A DNA stretch of 64,000 bases from contig NC_083409.1 in assembly GCF_020745735.1 (NCBI RefSeq), positions 57,246,048 to 57,310,047 of the forward strand, read 5' to 3'. The notes below the pieces were generated by a model. It worked only from the letters and a program-made list of their open reading frames with translations, ran no database searches and was not told the origin of the DNA. Shown in pieces: positions 1 through 12,600 of the stretch. Numbering within the stretch: position 1 is the first letter of the stretch; each line of letters begins with the position of its first letter. The position numbers and the translations under genes were made by a program. The DNA is from Hemiscyllium ocellatum. Taxonomy: Eukaryota.

Positions 1-42
1 TATTGTTGCATTAATCTTTCTAGAGGATGACTTGTGGGATCT

Positions 43-127
43 TGATGAAGGGTTTTTGCCCGAAACATTGATTCTCCTGCTCCTCGGATGCTGACTGACC
101 TGCTGTGCTTTTCCAGCACCGCACTTT
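43..127 (+). mobile_element. Short PLE terminal fragment carrying a degenerate hammerhead motif, with a 15-bp TSD
   Basis: Similar to 60921-61010; flanked by TGACTTGTGGGATCT at 28-42 and 128-142. Confidence 0.8.
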
Positions 128-1126
128 TGACTTGTGGGATCTAGTCAAGGATGGCCTCTTGGCCTAGTTAGAATAATGAACTGTGGTCTGCTGCCAGGAG
201 GCTGCTCCCCCACTGAAACTTATCTCTGTAGAAATCTGAAGGCTGACTGTAAATTTTCAGTCTCTTTTGATGAGCTTTAATTGGCCCTCATTATGCTTAT
301 TGATTACTTGCTGCTTGCAGCATTGTAGCCCTGTCAGCTGCTGTCCCAATTCCTCAGAATTCCAACCAGCCTTTGTAAATTGGCTCTGAATTGCAGTGAA
401 GTCAGAGAAACCATGTCGGCTGAGCTATTTTTGGTTTTAGTGTGCTTCCATTCTTGGACCCAGTGGACTGAGTGGTTGCTAAAAGTCCTGACCGAGGATG
501 AGAAGGTTTAGTCATATGTTGCAGCCAGTCATTCAGTAGTGAAATTAAGAAACACACTTTTGATAACCCCCTCCACCAATATGTCAAGTGCACATGCAGA
601 AACTTCTTTAATGGCTTTAGTACAGTTACTGTAAAGTTAAATCTGAAATTGACAGATTTTTGATAGCTAAAGGTATTGGGGTGCACGGGTCAAGTGTGAC
701 TTGGTGAATGTGAAAGCTAACCAATGTTTCAAGTATGGTAGAACAAGCTCAAGTGAAATACCCTTCTCCTAATATCCACTTCTTTGGTTGGAATGCATCA
801 GTAAACTGTAAAATGTTGCATAAGGAGCCTTTCTAGCAGTTTTGACATCTCTATTGCAATCTGTAAAATATTCCAGTTTTTAGGCCTTTCGATTTGGTCA
901 TTTCTACGCATCAAGCTATCTTTTTGATACACTGCATCTACTGCAGAGCTACAGCCACAGGAATCCAGGAATAACCAAGTTGTAGTGGACTTCAGCATAA
1001 AGATCAAGGCTGACACTACAGTACTTTTGGAGTTCTGTACTGCTGGGTGCATCGACTTTTGGATGAGATGTTAAAAAGGGGCTTCATCTGCCTGCGTGGG
1101 TCGATGTGAAAGAATCCAAGCCACTA

Positions 1127-2687
1127 AAGTCATAGAGATTTTCAGCACGGAAGCAGACCCTTCGGTCCAACCTGTCCATGCCGACCAGATATCCCAACCC
1201 AATCTAGTCCCACCTGCCAGCACCCAGCCCATATCCCTCCAATCCCTTCCTATTCATATACCTATGCAAATGCCTCTTAAATGTTGCAATTGTACCAGCC
1301 TCCACCACTTCCTCTGGCAGCTCATTCCATACACATACCACCCTCTGTCACTTTTATATCTCTCTCCTCTCACCCTAAACCTATGCCTTCTAGTTCTGGA
1401 CTCCCCGACCCCCAGGGTAAAGACTTTGTCTATTTACCTATCTATGCCCCTCATAATTTTGTAAACCTCCATAAGGTCACCTCTCAGCCTCCGATGCTCC
1501 AGGGAAAACAGCCCAAGCCTGTTAAGCCTCTCCCTATAGCTCAAATCCTCTAACTCTGGCAACATCCTTGTAAATCTTTTCTGAACCCTTTCAAGTTTCA
1601 CAACATCTTTCTAAGAGGAAGGAGACCAGAATTGCACGCAATATTCCAACCGTGGCCTAACCAATGTCCTGTACAGCCATAACATGACCTCCCAACTCCT
1701 GTACTCAATACTCTGACCAATAAAGGAAAGCACACCAAACGCCTTCTTCACTATCCTATCTACCTGCGACTCCACTTTCAAGGAGCTATGAACCTGAACT
1801 CCAAGGTCTCTTTGTTCAGCAACATTTCCTAGGACCTTACCATTAAGGGTATAAGTCCTGCTAAGATTTGCTTTCCCAAAATGCAGCACCTCGCATTTAT
1901 CTGAATTAAACTCCATCTGCCACTTCTCAGCCCATTGGCTCATCTGGTCAAGATCCTGTTGTAACCTGAGGTAACCCTCTTCGCTGTCCACTACACCTCC
2001 AATTTTGGTGTCATCTGCAAACTTACTAACTGTACCTCTTATGCTGACTTCCAAATCATTTATGTAAATGACAAAAAGTAAAGGACCCAGCACCGATCCC
2101 TGTGGTATTCCACTGGTCACAGGCCTCCAGTCTAAAAAACAACCCTCTATCACCACCCTCTTGTCTTCTACCCATGAGCCAGTTCTGTATCCAAATGGCT
2201 AGTTCTCCCTGTATTCCATGAGATTTAACCTTGCTAATCAGTCTCCCATGGGGAACCTTGTCGAGTGCCTTACTGAAGTCTACACAAAACACATCTACTG
2301 CTCTGCCCCCATCACTCTTCTTTGTTACTTCTTTAAAAAACTTAATCAAGTTTGTGAGACGTGATTTCCCACGCGCAAAGCCATGATGACTATCCCTAAT
2401 CAGTCCTTGCTTTTCCACATACACGTACATCCTGTCCCTTAGGATTCCCTCCAACACCTTGCCCACCAGAGAGGTCAGGCTCACTAGTCTATAGTTCCCC
2501 GGTTTGTCTTTACCGCCCTTCTTAAACAGTGGCACCACATTTGCCAGCCTCCAACCTTCCGGCACCTCACCTTTGACTATCGATGATACAAATACCTCAG
2601 CAAGAGACCCAGCAATCACTTCTCTAGCTTCCCACAGAATTCTTGGGTACACCTGATCAGGTCCTGGGGATTTATCCACTTTTAACC
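1127..2687 (-). mobile_element. CR1 LINE, 5'-truncated (RT domain and 3' UTR), frameshifted
   Basis: ORFs 2056..2823 and 1611..2156: [42 protein letters not shown]; CR1 3' tail. Confidence 0.95.
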
Positions 2688-3564
2688 ATCTACCCTCATA
2701 TTTAAGGTTTCTGTTTGCTTCCTGATTTTGAATATTGGAATTGTTTCCTATCTTCCAAACCACAGAAGCCATTCTAGAACCCAGGTAATGTGGCTCGACT
2801 AAATGCACTGTATAATTCTCCATAACAGTTGCAATTTTTTAATGCCAAGCTTCTCGGACTACAGTAGTTCATGAAAAGAACAAAAATACACTTGAGAGGA
2901 AGCTAAGTAACTACATTACCTAGGATGAGAGGATAGGGTTGGGAAGAGACATGTAGGTATAAGCACTGGTATATACTGGTTCAGGAAGGTATGTTGTGAA
3001 TTCTGTATGTAGATTAAACATTCTAGCCTTATTTTCAATTAAACAAAAAAAAATGTTTATTTACCTCCAAAACTCTTTCCTGTGCAAAGTGTTTTGTTTT
3101 ATTGTTCCTCTGGAACAGCTTGGATTTTCTTCATTAAAGACATTTTAAATATAAGTTGCTATTGCTGCAATCAATGTGAACATGAATAAGATGTTGTCTT
3201 GTGCTATTTCTAAGATTCTTAATGATCTCAGAATCATTATATTTTATTGAAAGATTATTTACATTAAATTGAATGAAGTGTCAATGTTATAAAATCAATT
3301 GGAATTGGTGTTTCTGGTCAGTGCAGTGTTTTATAAGCATGCAGATTCTATTAAGAGTTTGATTACACTTTTTTTTAATTCTGATGTATTTTTATAACCA
3401 CATTTATACTCCAAATCTGAACTTCTGACTAGCCCCAGCAAATTGCTCTTATTTATCTGAGCTCTCGGAGTTTTGGTGTTTAGTGGAAATTAATCATCGT
3501 TTTGTTTATGCATTAGAATATTCTTGATGTGATGGCTAATACTTGATTCTGTTTCATGATTCAG

Positions 3565-3631
3565 GAGATACATGAGCTACTTAAAGACTATGAATTGAAA
3601 TACTGCTATGTGGATAAGAACAAAGGAACTG
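3565..3631 (+). CDS. RAVER2: RAVER2 exon (RRM1 part: [22 protein letters not shown])
   Basis: ttcag|GAG...ACT G|gtaag; 67 nt, phase 0 to 1. Confidence 0.93.
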
Positions 3632-6600
3632 GTAAGATGAGATTAATTTAAATGTGAGAAATGAATTGTAGTATGATTTTTTTTGTGAACCAAAGGGCTG
3701 ATTTTGGACAATGGTCATTTCTACTTTTGTTTTTTGGACTATTGTTTATTTAGACCTGTGTAGGTAATGTTTCAATTGAACAAAATTTTAGTAAGGAGTG
3801 TATTGAACTTGCAGTGCTGTGTTGTTTGAAATAATATTTTTAAATATTCTTTTGGCTCTTCCTCTACAAAAATCATGACTTGGCTTGACAACTGACATAA
3901 AGCATTTGAATGAATTCTTATGTCAGTGTCACATGAGGGTTTTAAAGTTAACTATTTTTATTAAGCTCTGCAACATAGAACAACACAGCACAGAACAGGC
4001 CCTTTGGCTCACGATGTTGTGCTGAACATTTGTCCTAGTTTAAGCACCTATCCATGTACCTATCCAATTGCCGCTTAAAGGTCACCAATGATTCTGAGTC
4101 TGCCACTCCCACAGGCAGCGCATTCCATGCCCCCACCACTCTCTGGGTAAAGAACCTACCCCTGACATTCCCCCCTATATCTTCCACCCTTCACCTTAAA
4201 TTTATGTCCCCTTGTAACACTCTGTTGTACCCGGGGAAAAAGTCTCTGACTGTCTATTCTATCTATTCCTGATCATCTTATAAACCTCTTATCAAATCAC
4301 CCCTCATCCTTCGCCGTTCCAATGAGAAAAGGCCTAGCACTCTCAACCTATCCTCGTACGACCTGTTCTCCATTCCAGGCGACATCCTAGTAAATCTCCT
4401 CTGCACCCTTTCTAAAGCTTCCACATCTTTCCTAAAATGAGGCAACCAGAACTGCACACAGTACTCCAAATGTGGTCTTGCCAAGGTCCTATACAGCTGC
4501 AACATCACCTCACGACTCTTGAATTCAATCCCTCTGCTAATGAATGCTAATACACCATAGACCTTCTTACAAGCTCTATCCACCTGAATGGCAACTTTCA
4601 AAGAGCTATGAACATAGACCCCAAGATCCCTCTGCTCCTCCACCTTACTAAGAACCCTACCATTAAACCTGTATTCTGCATTCTTATTTATCCGTCCAAA
4701 ATGGACAACCTCACACTTGATAGGGTTGAATTCCATCTGCCACTCCTCAGCACAGCTCTGCATCATATCTAAGTCCCTCTGCAGCCGACAACAGCCCTCC
4801 TCACTATCCACAACTCCACCAATCTTCGTATTGTCTGCAAATTTACTGACCCACCTTTCGACTCCCTCTTCCAAGTCATTAATAAAAATTACAAACAGCA
4901 GAGGACCCAGAACTGATCGCTGCGGAATTCCACTTGTAACTAGGCTCCAGGCTGAATATTTACCATCTACCACCACTCTCTGACTTCAACCGGTTAGCCA
5001 GTTCTCTATCCAACTGGCCAAACTTCCCACTATCCCATGCCTCTTGACTTTCTGCATAAGCCTACCGTGGGGAACTTTGTCAAATGCCTTACTAAAATCC
5101 ATGTACACTACGTCCACTGCTCTACCCTCATCCACGTGCTTGGTCACCTCCTCAAAGAATTCATTATGACTTGTAAGGCAAGACCTACCCCTCTCAAATC
5201 CGTGCCGGCTGTCCCTAATCAAGCAGTATCTTTCCAGATACTCATAAATCCTATCCCTTCATACCCTTTCCATTACTTTGCCTACTATCGAAGTAAGACT
5301 AACTGGCCTGTAATTCCCGGGGTTATCCCTATTCCCTTTTTTGAACAGGGGCACAGCATTCGCCACTCCAGTCCCCTGGCACCACCCCCATTGACAGTGA
5401 AGACGAAAAGGTCATTGCCAACGGTTCTGCAATTTCCTCTCTTGCTTCCCACATAATCCTAGGATATATCCCATCAGGCCCAGGGGACTTGTCTATCCTC
5501 AAGTTTTTCAAAATGCCCAACACATCTTCCTTCCTAACAAGTATCTCCTCTAGCTTACAAGCCCATTTCATAATCTCCTCTTCAACAATACAGTCCCTCT
5601 CATTTGTAAATACTGAAGAAAAATACTCATTCAAGACTTCTCCTATCTCTTCCGACTCAATACACAGTCTCCCACTACTGTCCTTGATCGGACCTACCCT
5701 CGTTCTCGTCATTCTCAAGTTTCTCACATACGCGTAAAAAGCCTTGGGGTTATCCTTGATCCTACCTGCCAAAGATTTTTCATGCCCTCTCTTAGCCCTC
5801 CTAATCCCTTTCTTCAGCTCCCTCCTGGCTATCCTGTATCCCTTCAACGCTCTGTCTGAACCTTGTTTCCTCAACCTTATGTAAGCCTCCTTCCTCCTCC
5901 TTACAAGACATTCAACCTCCCTCGTCAACCAGTGTTCCCTCACACGACCATCTCTTTCCTGTCTGACAGGTACATTTTTATCAAGGACACATCGTATCTG
6001 TTCCTGGAAAAAATTCCACATTTCAACTACATCCTTCCCTGACAGCCTATGCTCCCAATTTATGCTCCTCAGATTCTGTCTTGCAGCATCGTATTTACCC
6101 TTCCCCCAATTGTAAAACCTGCCCTGTTGCACGCACCTATCTCTCTCCATAACCAAGGTGAAAGTCACAATTGTGGTCACCATCGCCAACATGCTCACCC
6201 ACTAACAAGCCCATCACTTATCCCAGTTCGTTACCAAGTACCACATCCAATATGGCCTCCCCTCTGGTCGGACAATCTACATCCTAAGTTAGAAAAGCTT
6301 CCTGGACACACTGCACAAACACTGCCCCGTCCAATCTACTTGATCTAAAGAGCTTCCAATCAATATTTGGGAAGTTAAAATCGCCTATGACTACTACCCT
6401 GTGGCTTCTGCACCTTTCCAAAATCTGTTTCCCAATCTGTTTCTCCACATCTCTGCTGCTATTGGGGGGCCTATAGTAAACACCTAACAAGGTGACTGCT
6501 CCTTTCCTATTTCTGACTTCAGCCCATACTACCTCCAAAGGCAGATCCCCCTTTCTGCAGCCGTTATACCATTTCTAATTAGCAATGCCACCCCCCCAAT

Positions 6601-9600
6601 CTTACTGAAACATCTGTAACCAGGAACCTCCAACAACCATTCCTGGCCCTCTTCTATCCACGCTTCCGTGATGGCCACAACATCGTTGCCACAAGTACCG
6701 ATCCACGCCTTAGGTTCACCCACCTTATTTTTGATACTCCTTGCATTGAAGTATACACACTTGAACCCATCTCTGTGTCCTCAAGTATTCTCTGTCAATG
6801 CTACCTTCTCCACAGCCTCCCTACATTTTTGGACATCCTGAAAAACAGTTAACCTACTTGCCGGACTACAAGTCCGGATCCCATCCCCCAGCTAAATTAG
6901 TTTAAGCCCCCCCCCCCCCCCCAAGAGTGCTAGCAAATCTATCTCCCAGGATATTGATGCTCTTCTGGTTCAGGTGCGACCCGTCCTGCTTGTACAGCTG
7001 CCTCCTTCCCCAGAATGCAGTCCAATTGTCCAAATACCTGAAGCCCTTCCTCCTATACCATCCTTGCAGCCTTGTGTTCAACTACGCGCTCTCCCTATTC
7101 CTTGCCTCACTGTCATGTGGCACTGGCAACAACCCAGAGATGATGACTCTGTCCATCCTAGCTTTTAGCTTCCAGCCTAACTCCCTGAGCTCCTGAATGA
7201 CCTTCTTACCCCTCTTACTACCTATGTTGTTGGTTCCAATGTGCACCACGACTTCTGGCTGCACACCCTCCCCCTTGAGGATTCTGAAGACACGGTCCGA
7301 GACATCTCGGACCCTGGCACCCAGGAGGCAACAAACCACCTGAGAGTCTTGCCCATGTCCACAGAACCGCCTGTCTGTCCCTCTAACTATAGAGTTTCCT
7401 ATAACTAGTGCTCTCCTCCTCTCCCCCTTTCCCTTCTGGGCCTTAGAGCTGGACCTCGTGCCAGAGACCCGGTCACTGCAGCTTACCCCTGCTAGGCCGT
7501 CCCCCCCAACAGTATCCAAAGCGGTATACTTATTGTTGAGGGGAACGACCACAGGGGTCCCTGTACTGCCTGCTTCCTCCCCTTCCCACCTCTAACTGTT
7601 ACCCAGCTACTTCTGTTCTCCGGCGTAACTATGTCTCTGTAGCTTATATCTATCACCCTCTCAGCCTCTCGAATAATCCTCCGTTCGTCCAACTCCAGCT
7701 GCAGTTCCCTAACACGGTCTGTGAGGAGCTGGATCTGGCTGCACTTCTTGCAGGTGAAGTTGGCAGGAGCATCGGTGGTCACCCCTACCTCAAACATCCT
7801 GCAGGAGGAACATTCCACTGCCTGCACTGCCATAACTCTACACTTAGTCTCCAAAACAAGAACACTAAGTAGCTTACCTGTTCAGACTCCTTTTTTTGTT
7901 AGGTTAGAGGAGGAGGAGGGAGGGTGGGAGACATGACACGTGTGGTGTCTCGGGTTCCTTCTCCACTCAAACAGAAAGCTCAATGCAGAACAACCAGGTG
8001 GACATGTGTGACAGCAAATTTCCCAGTTACGAATTTGAAAATTTAGTCTGGAATACTAAGAAGGAAACATCTCTGAGGAATGTATCAAAAGTACAACACT
8101 TTTTTTTTGTTTCCTATATAGTTCTTCTTTTCTTCAAGTTCTCTCATTCCTCTTACCTGTGACCTCCTCTCTTTCCCCCCCCCCGCCCCCCCCACCCCAT
8201 GCTATCCTCACTGAATCGCCAATTAGTTAACTGCATTTAAACTTTAAAAGACGTTAAAGAACAGTTGATTAATGGAAGTTTATTACACATTTTGAGCTTT
8301 GGACCCGAAACACATCTTTTAAGAAGAAGTTATTTACCTGTAATGTGATGCAATTATATTTTATATCTTTTGTTGTCATGTATTTTAGAGTTTAGGTTTT
8401 GAACTAACGGCATGTGGGTTTTGTTCTGTGCGTGTGAGGGTTTAATGATTTAACTTGTCAGTCTCTGGACCCACAATGTTTTTTAAACCAGATGAACGCA
8501 TGCTCCTTGACTGATATTGGGAATTATTTTGGATCATGAGAGTTTTGGTGAGAGGGTTATTGGATGATTATTTGGATAAAACGTTTACGAGTATCAGGGA
8601 GATAAACCAGAAACTAGCACAAGATAATGATGCTCTTTTAACAAGCCAGTAAGGTGCATTGTGTCAAATAGTGGCCTCCGGCACTGTAAATCTTTAAGAG
8701 CTAGAAGGATAAAGAAGAGGTGAAGGCCCTGAAAATGGGATAGGCACATCCAGTTACTTGTATGTCATTCTGAATGGGGAGTTGCGGGGGAGAAATAAAC
8801 ATTTTTAGAAGTTCTGATTTGAAAAACTGCAGTCAGGTTAATTGACTATGGCACCCTAATACAAGAAGAAGGAATGTTAGGAGGTGTAATCATTCACTGA
8901 AAGCGGATTGTGACCATTCCCAGCAGAATGTAGAATCTAGACAGTTGTGTTACCTGTCCAGTGCCAGGGTTTGGGATGTTTGCTTAGTCCTTAAAAGGAA
9001 ACCTGTAGGGGAGGAGAAGGATCAAATCATTGTGGGCCATATAGATACAAACATTAACAAATTTGCTGATGATACAAAGCTGGGTGGCAGGGTGAAATGA
9101 GGATGTTAGGAGATTACAGGGTGATCTGGGCAAGTTAGGTGAGTGAGTGGGTGAGTTAGGCAGATGCATGGCAGATGCAGTTTAATGTGGATAAATGTAT
9201 GGTTATCCACTTTGGTGGCAAGAACAGGAAGGCAGATTACTACCTAAATGGAATCCATTTAAGTAAAGGGCAGTACAGAGAGATCTGGGTGTTCTTGGAC
9301 ACCAGTCATTGAAGGCAAGCATGCAGGTACAGCAGGTCGTGAAGAAGGCTAATAGCATGCTGGCCTTCATAACAAGAGGAATTGAGTATAGAAGCAAAGA
9401 GGTGCTTCTGCAGCTCTACATGGCCCTGGTGAGACCACACCTGGAGTACTGTATGCAGTTCTGGTCTCAAATTTGAGGAAAGATATTCTGGCTGTTGAGG
9501 GAGTGCTGCGTAGGTTCACAAGGTCAATTCCTGGAATGGCGGGATTACCTTACACTGAAAGACTGAAGCGACTGGGCTTGTATACCCTTGAGTTTAGAAG

Positions 9601-12600
9601 ACTGAGAGGGGATCTGATTGAGACATATAAGATTATTAAAGGATTGGACGCTCTGGAGGCAGGAAACATGTTTCCGCTGATGGGTGAGTGCCGAACCAGA
9701 GGACACAGCTTAAAAATAAGGGGTAGACCATTTAGGACAGAGATGAGGAGAAACTTCTTCACCCAGAGAGTGGTGGCTGTGTGGAATGCTCTGCTCCAGA
9801 GGGCAGTGGAGGGCCAGTCTCTGGATTCATTTAAGAGTTGGATAGAGCTCTCAAAGATAGTGGAATCAAGGGTTATGGAGATAAGGCAGGAAGAGGATAC
9901 TAATTGGGAATGATCAGCCATGATCATATTGAATGGCAGTGCAGGCTCGAAGAGCTGAATGGCCTACTCCTGCACCTATTGTCTAAATGACACACGCAAG
10001 ACAGAGCAGCCTCATAATCTTTAAAATGCCATGAACAGGTGCAGAAAATAGTCAAGACAGCTACTCGACTGCTGGCCTTTGTATCTAGAAGACTGAAGTG
10101 TATAGGTTGCAGAAGTTCTGCTGCAGTTATGCAAAACCCTAGTTAGACTACACTTGGAGTGAGAACGAAGCCGGGCCCTTAGGGAGGATATATGACATTG
10201 GAGGAAACATGTAGGTTTACAAGATGTTGCTTGGTCTTTGGGTTAAAAGGAGAGATTATACAAATTAGGAATGTTTTATATAGCAATTTGGTGGTTAAGG
10301 AACAATCTGATCAAAGTCTTCAAGATATGAACAGGAAAAGACAGGGTAGATAAAGTAACAATTTCCACTGGTTGGTCATCCTAGAACTAGGGAACATTAT
10401 CTAAAAATTAGGACTAGGCTCTTCAGGAGAAAAGTTAAGCATTTCTATATGTATGCATGTGCCCACAAGGTGGTAGATGTTTTGAACTTTCTTCCAGTGG
10501 CAGTGGATGAAAGATCAGTTAATTTTTAAATATGATTAATTTTTTTCAGCAAAGGGATAGGGGCCAAAGGAAATTATATTGAATTAGGACACAGATCAAT
10601 CATGATTTAATTGAATGGTGAAACAGGCTTCAGGGACTGAATGGTCTACTATTACCATCGTCCTATTCCATCAGCCACCTTAAAACTGGTCAGGCAAAAC
10701 CTGTTAGAAAGGTGAATGCATGGCTCAAAGACTGGCATGGGTTTTGGCTGGTAGGACCAGAACACCAGTACTGTGGAAAGTGGGATCTGTATGGATGGGA
10801 CAGCCTCCATCTGAATCACTCAGGGCTGATGTTCTTGCCAACTGCATAACTTAGGGAGTAGAATGGGTCAGGGATAAAATTTGGGAAAGATACGATAAAA
10901 TAAAAGTTAAAACCAAAAAGAGAGGTACTGAAATGGGAACTGTGATGGGAAGGAATACAAAGTATGAATCAGTGAGCCGCCAACAGGTCAGACTCTAATA
11001 TAAAAACAAACTGCTCCAAGTCTGAGTATAAGTGACATTCAAAACAAAACAGATGAACTAAAATTGTAAATCGAAACTTTATTACAATCTGGTAGCCATT
11101 CTGCTAAAAAGACTATTGGAAATGTTAGTGACAATTGGTCCTCCAGAAAGTGAGACTGCAGAATGAATGAAGAGAAATAAAGAAATGACAAATGAATTGA
11201 ATAGGTGTTTATCAGTCACCTTCAAGGTAGAAGTTATAAATAACATTCCAGAAGCAGTGATAAATCAGGAAATGGAAGGGAACGATGACCTTGAGGAAAT
11301 TTATAATCACCAGAAAAGAGGCACTGAATAAACTGTTTGACCAACGAGTTTGTCAAACTGTTTGTCCAAGCACATCATCCTATTGTCGTCCATATCAGTT
11401 GAAGCAAACACTCGGACACAGTATGGCTCTACCATCTTTACCTTTTATTCCGAGCCGTGGAGAGACAGCGATTGCCAATGTACACAAAGACATGAATTCT
11501 CTGTCTTCTCTCGAGCGGCAGATTCTTAAGGAATTATATAGTCACTGAGAGGGAGCAGCAATCAAATAAAGCAACATCTATATTGATTGGGTGACCATTA
11601 GAATCAGCATCACCAAGAAAGATTAGGCCATCTGGCATTACACAATGGATGTTCCTCACCTCGTTAACTGGCGTTACACAATGGGTGTTCTTCATTTAAC
11701 AACTAGCCTTGCCTCTAACCAAAAGAGAAAATGCTGGACAATCTCAGCAGGTCTGGCAACATCTGTAAGGAGAGAAAGAGCTGATGTTTCGAGTCTAACT
11801 GACCCTTTGTCAAAGGAGCTTTGACAAAGGATCAGTTAGACTTGAAACGTCAGCTCTTTTCTCTTCTTACAGATGCTGCCAGACCTGCTGAGATTTTTCA
11901 GCATTTTCTCTTTTGGTTTCAGATTCCAGCATCCGCAGTAATTTGCTTCTACCCTTGACTCTAGCACCTCATTGACCCAGATCAGAACTTGCAGTAAACA
12001 ATGTCATGCCAACAAAGCCTTTGTCAAGCAGCCCTAAACTTAACTCTTTCCCTACCTGTTCATACCTTATACACTTTCTCACTATGGCTTTAAAGGAAAT
12101 GCCTGGTGAGAGAGTTGATGTATTGGTTTATATTTTTATTTTTCCAAAATTTCCTTTGTTTAGCTGTGGTCCAATATGATTAGAAAATAACAAAAGGGAG
12201 GTAACTATGGACTGGTGAGCCTGACATCGGTGGTGGGCAAGTTGTGGAAGGGAATCCTGAGGGACAGGATTTACATATGTTTAGAAATTAGGGATCGTCA
12301 ACATGGCTTTGTGTGTGGGAAATCATGTCTCTCCAGCTTGAGTTATTTTTTGAAGAGATAACAAAGAAGATTGATGAGGGGAGAGCAGTGGACATGATCT
12401 ATATAGATTTGAGTAAGACTTTGGACAAGATTCCCCATGGGAGACTGGTTAGCAAGGTTAGATCTCATGGAATATTGGAAGAACTAGCCATTTGGATACA
12501 AAACTGGCTCAAAAATAGAAGACAGAGGGTGGTGGTGGAGTGTTGCTTTTCAGACTGGAGGCCTGTGATCAGTGGTGTGTCACAACGATCAGTGCTGGGT

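Noticed and set aside
402-1052. Short ORFs here and most other 60-140 aa ORFs in the track
   Set aside because: No recognisable domains or splice support; chance ORFs or off-frame TE sequence in introns.
6907-8198. Poly-C tracts at 6907-6922 and ~8175-8198 as regulatory elements
   Set aside because: Simple homopolymer expansions in or near a TE, with no supporting context.
11717-11918. MITE or pre-miRNA
   Set aside because: The arms are PLE terminal sequence and one arm extends as a one-sided tail. This fits PLE 5' inversion rather than a TIR DNA transposon. Small-RNA production cannot be judged from sequence.
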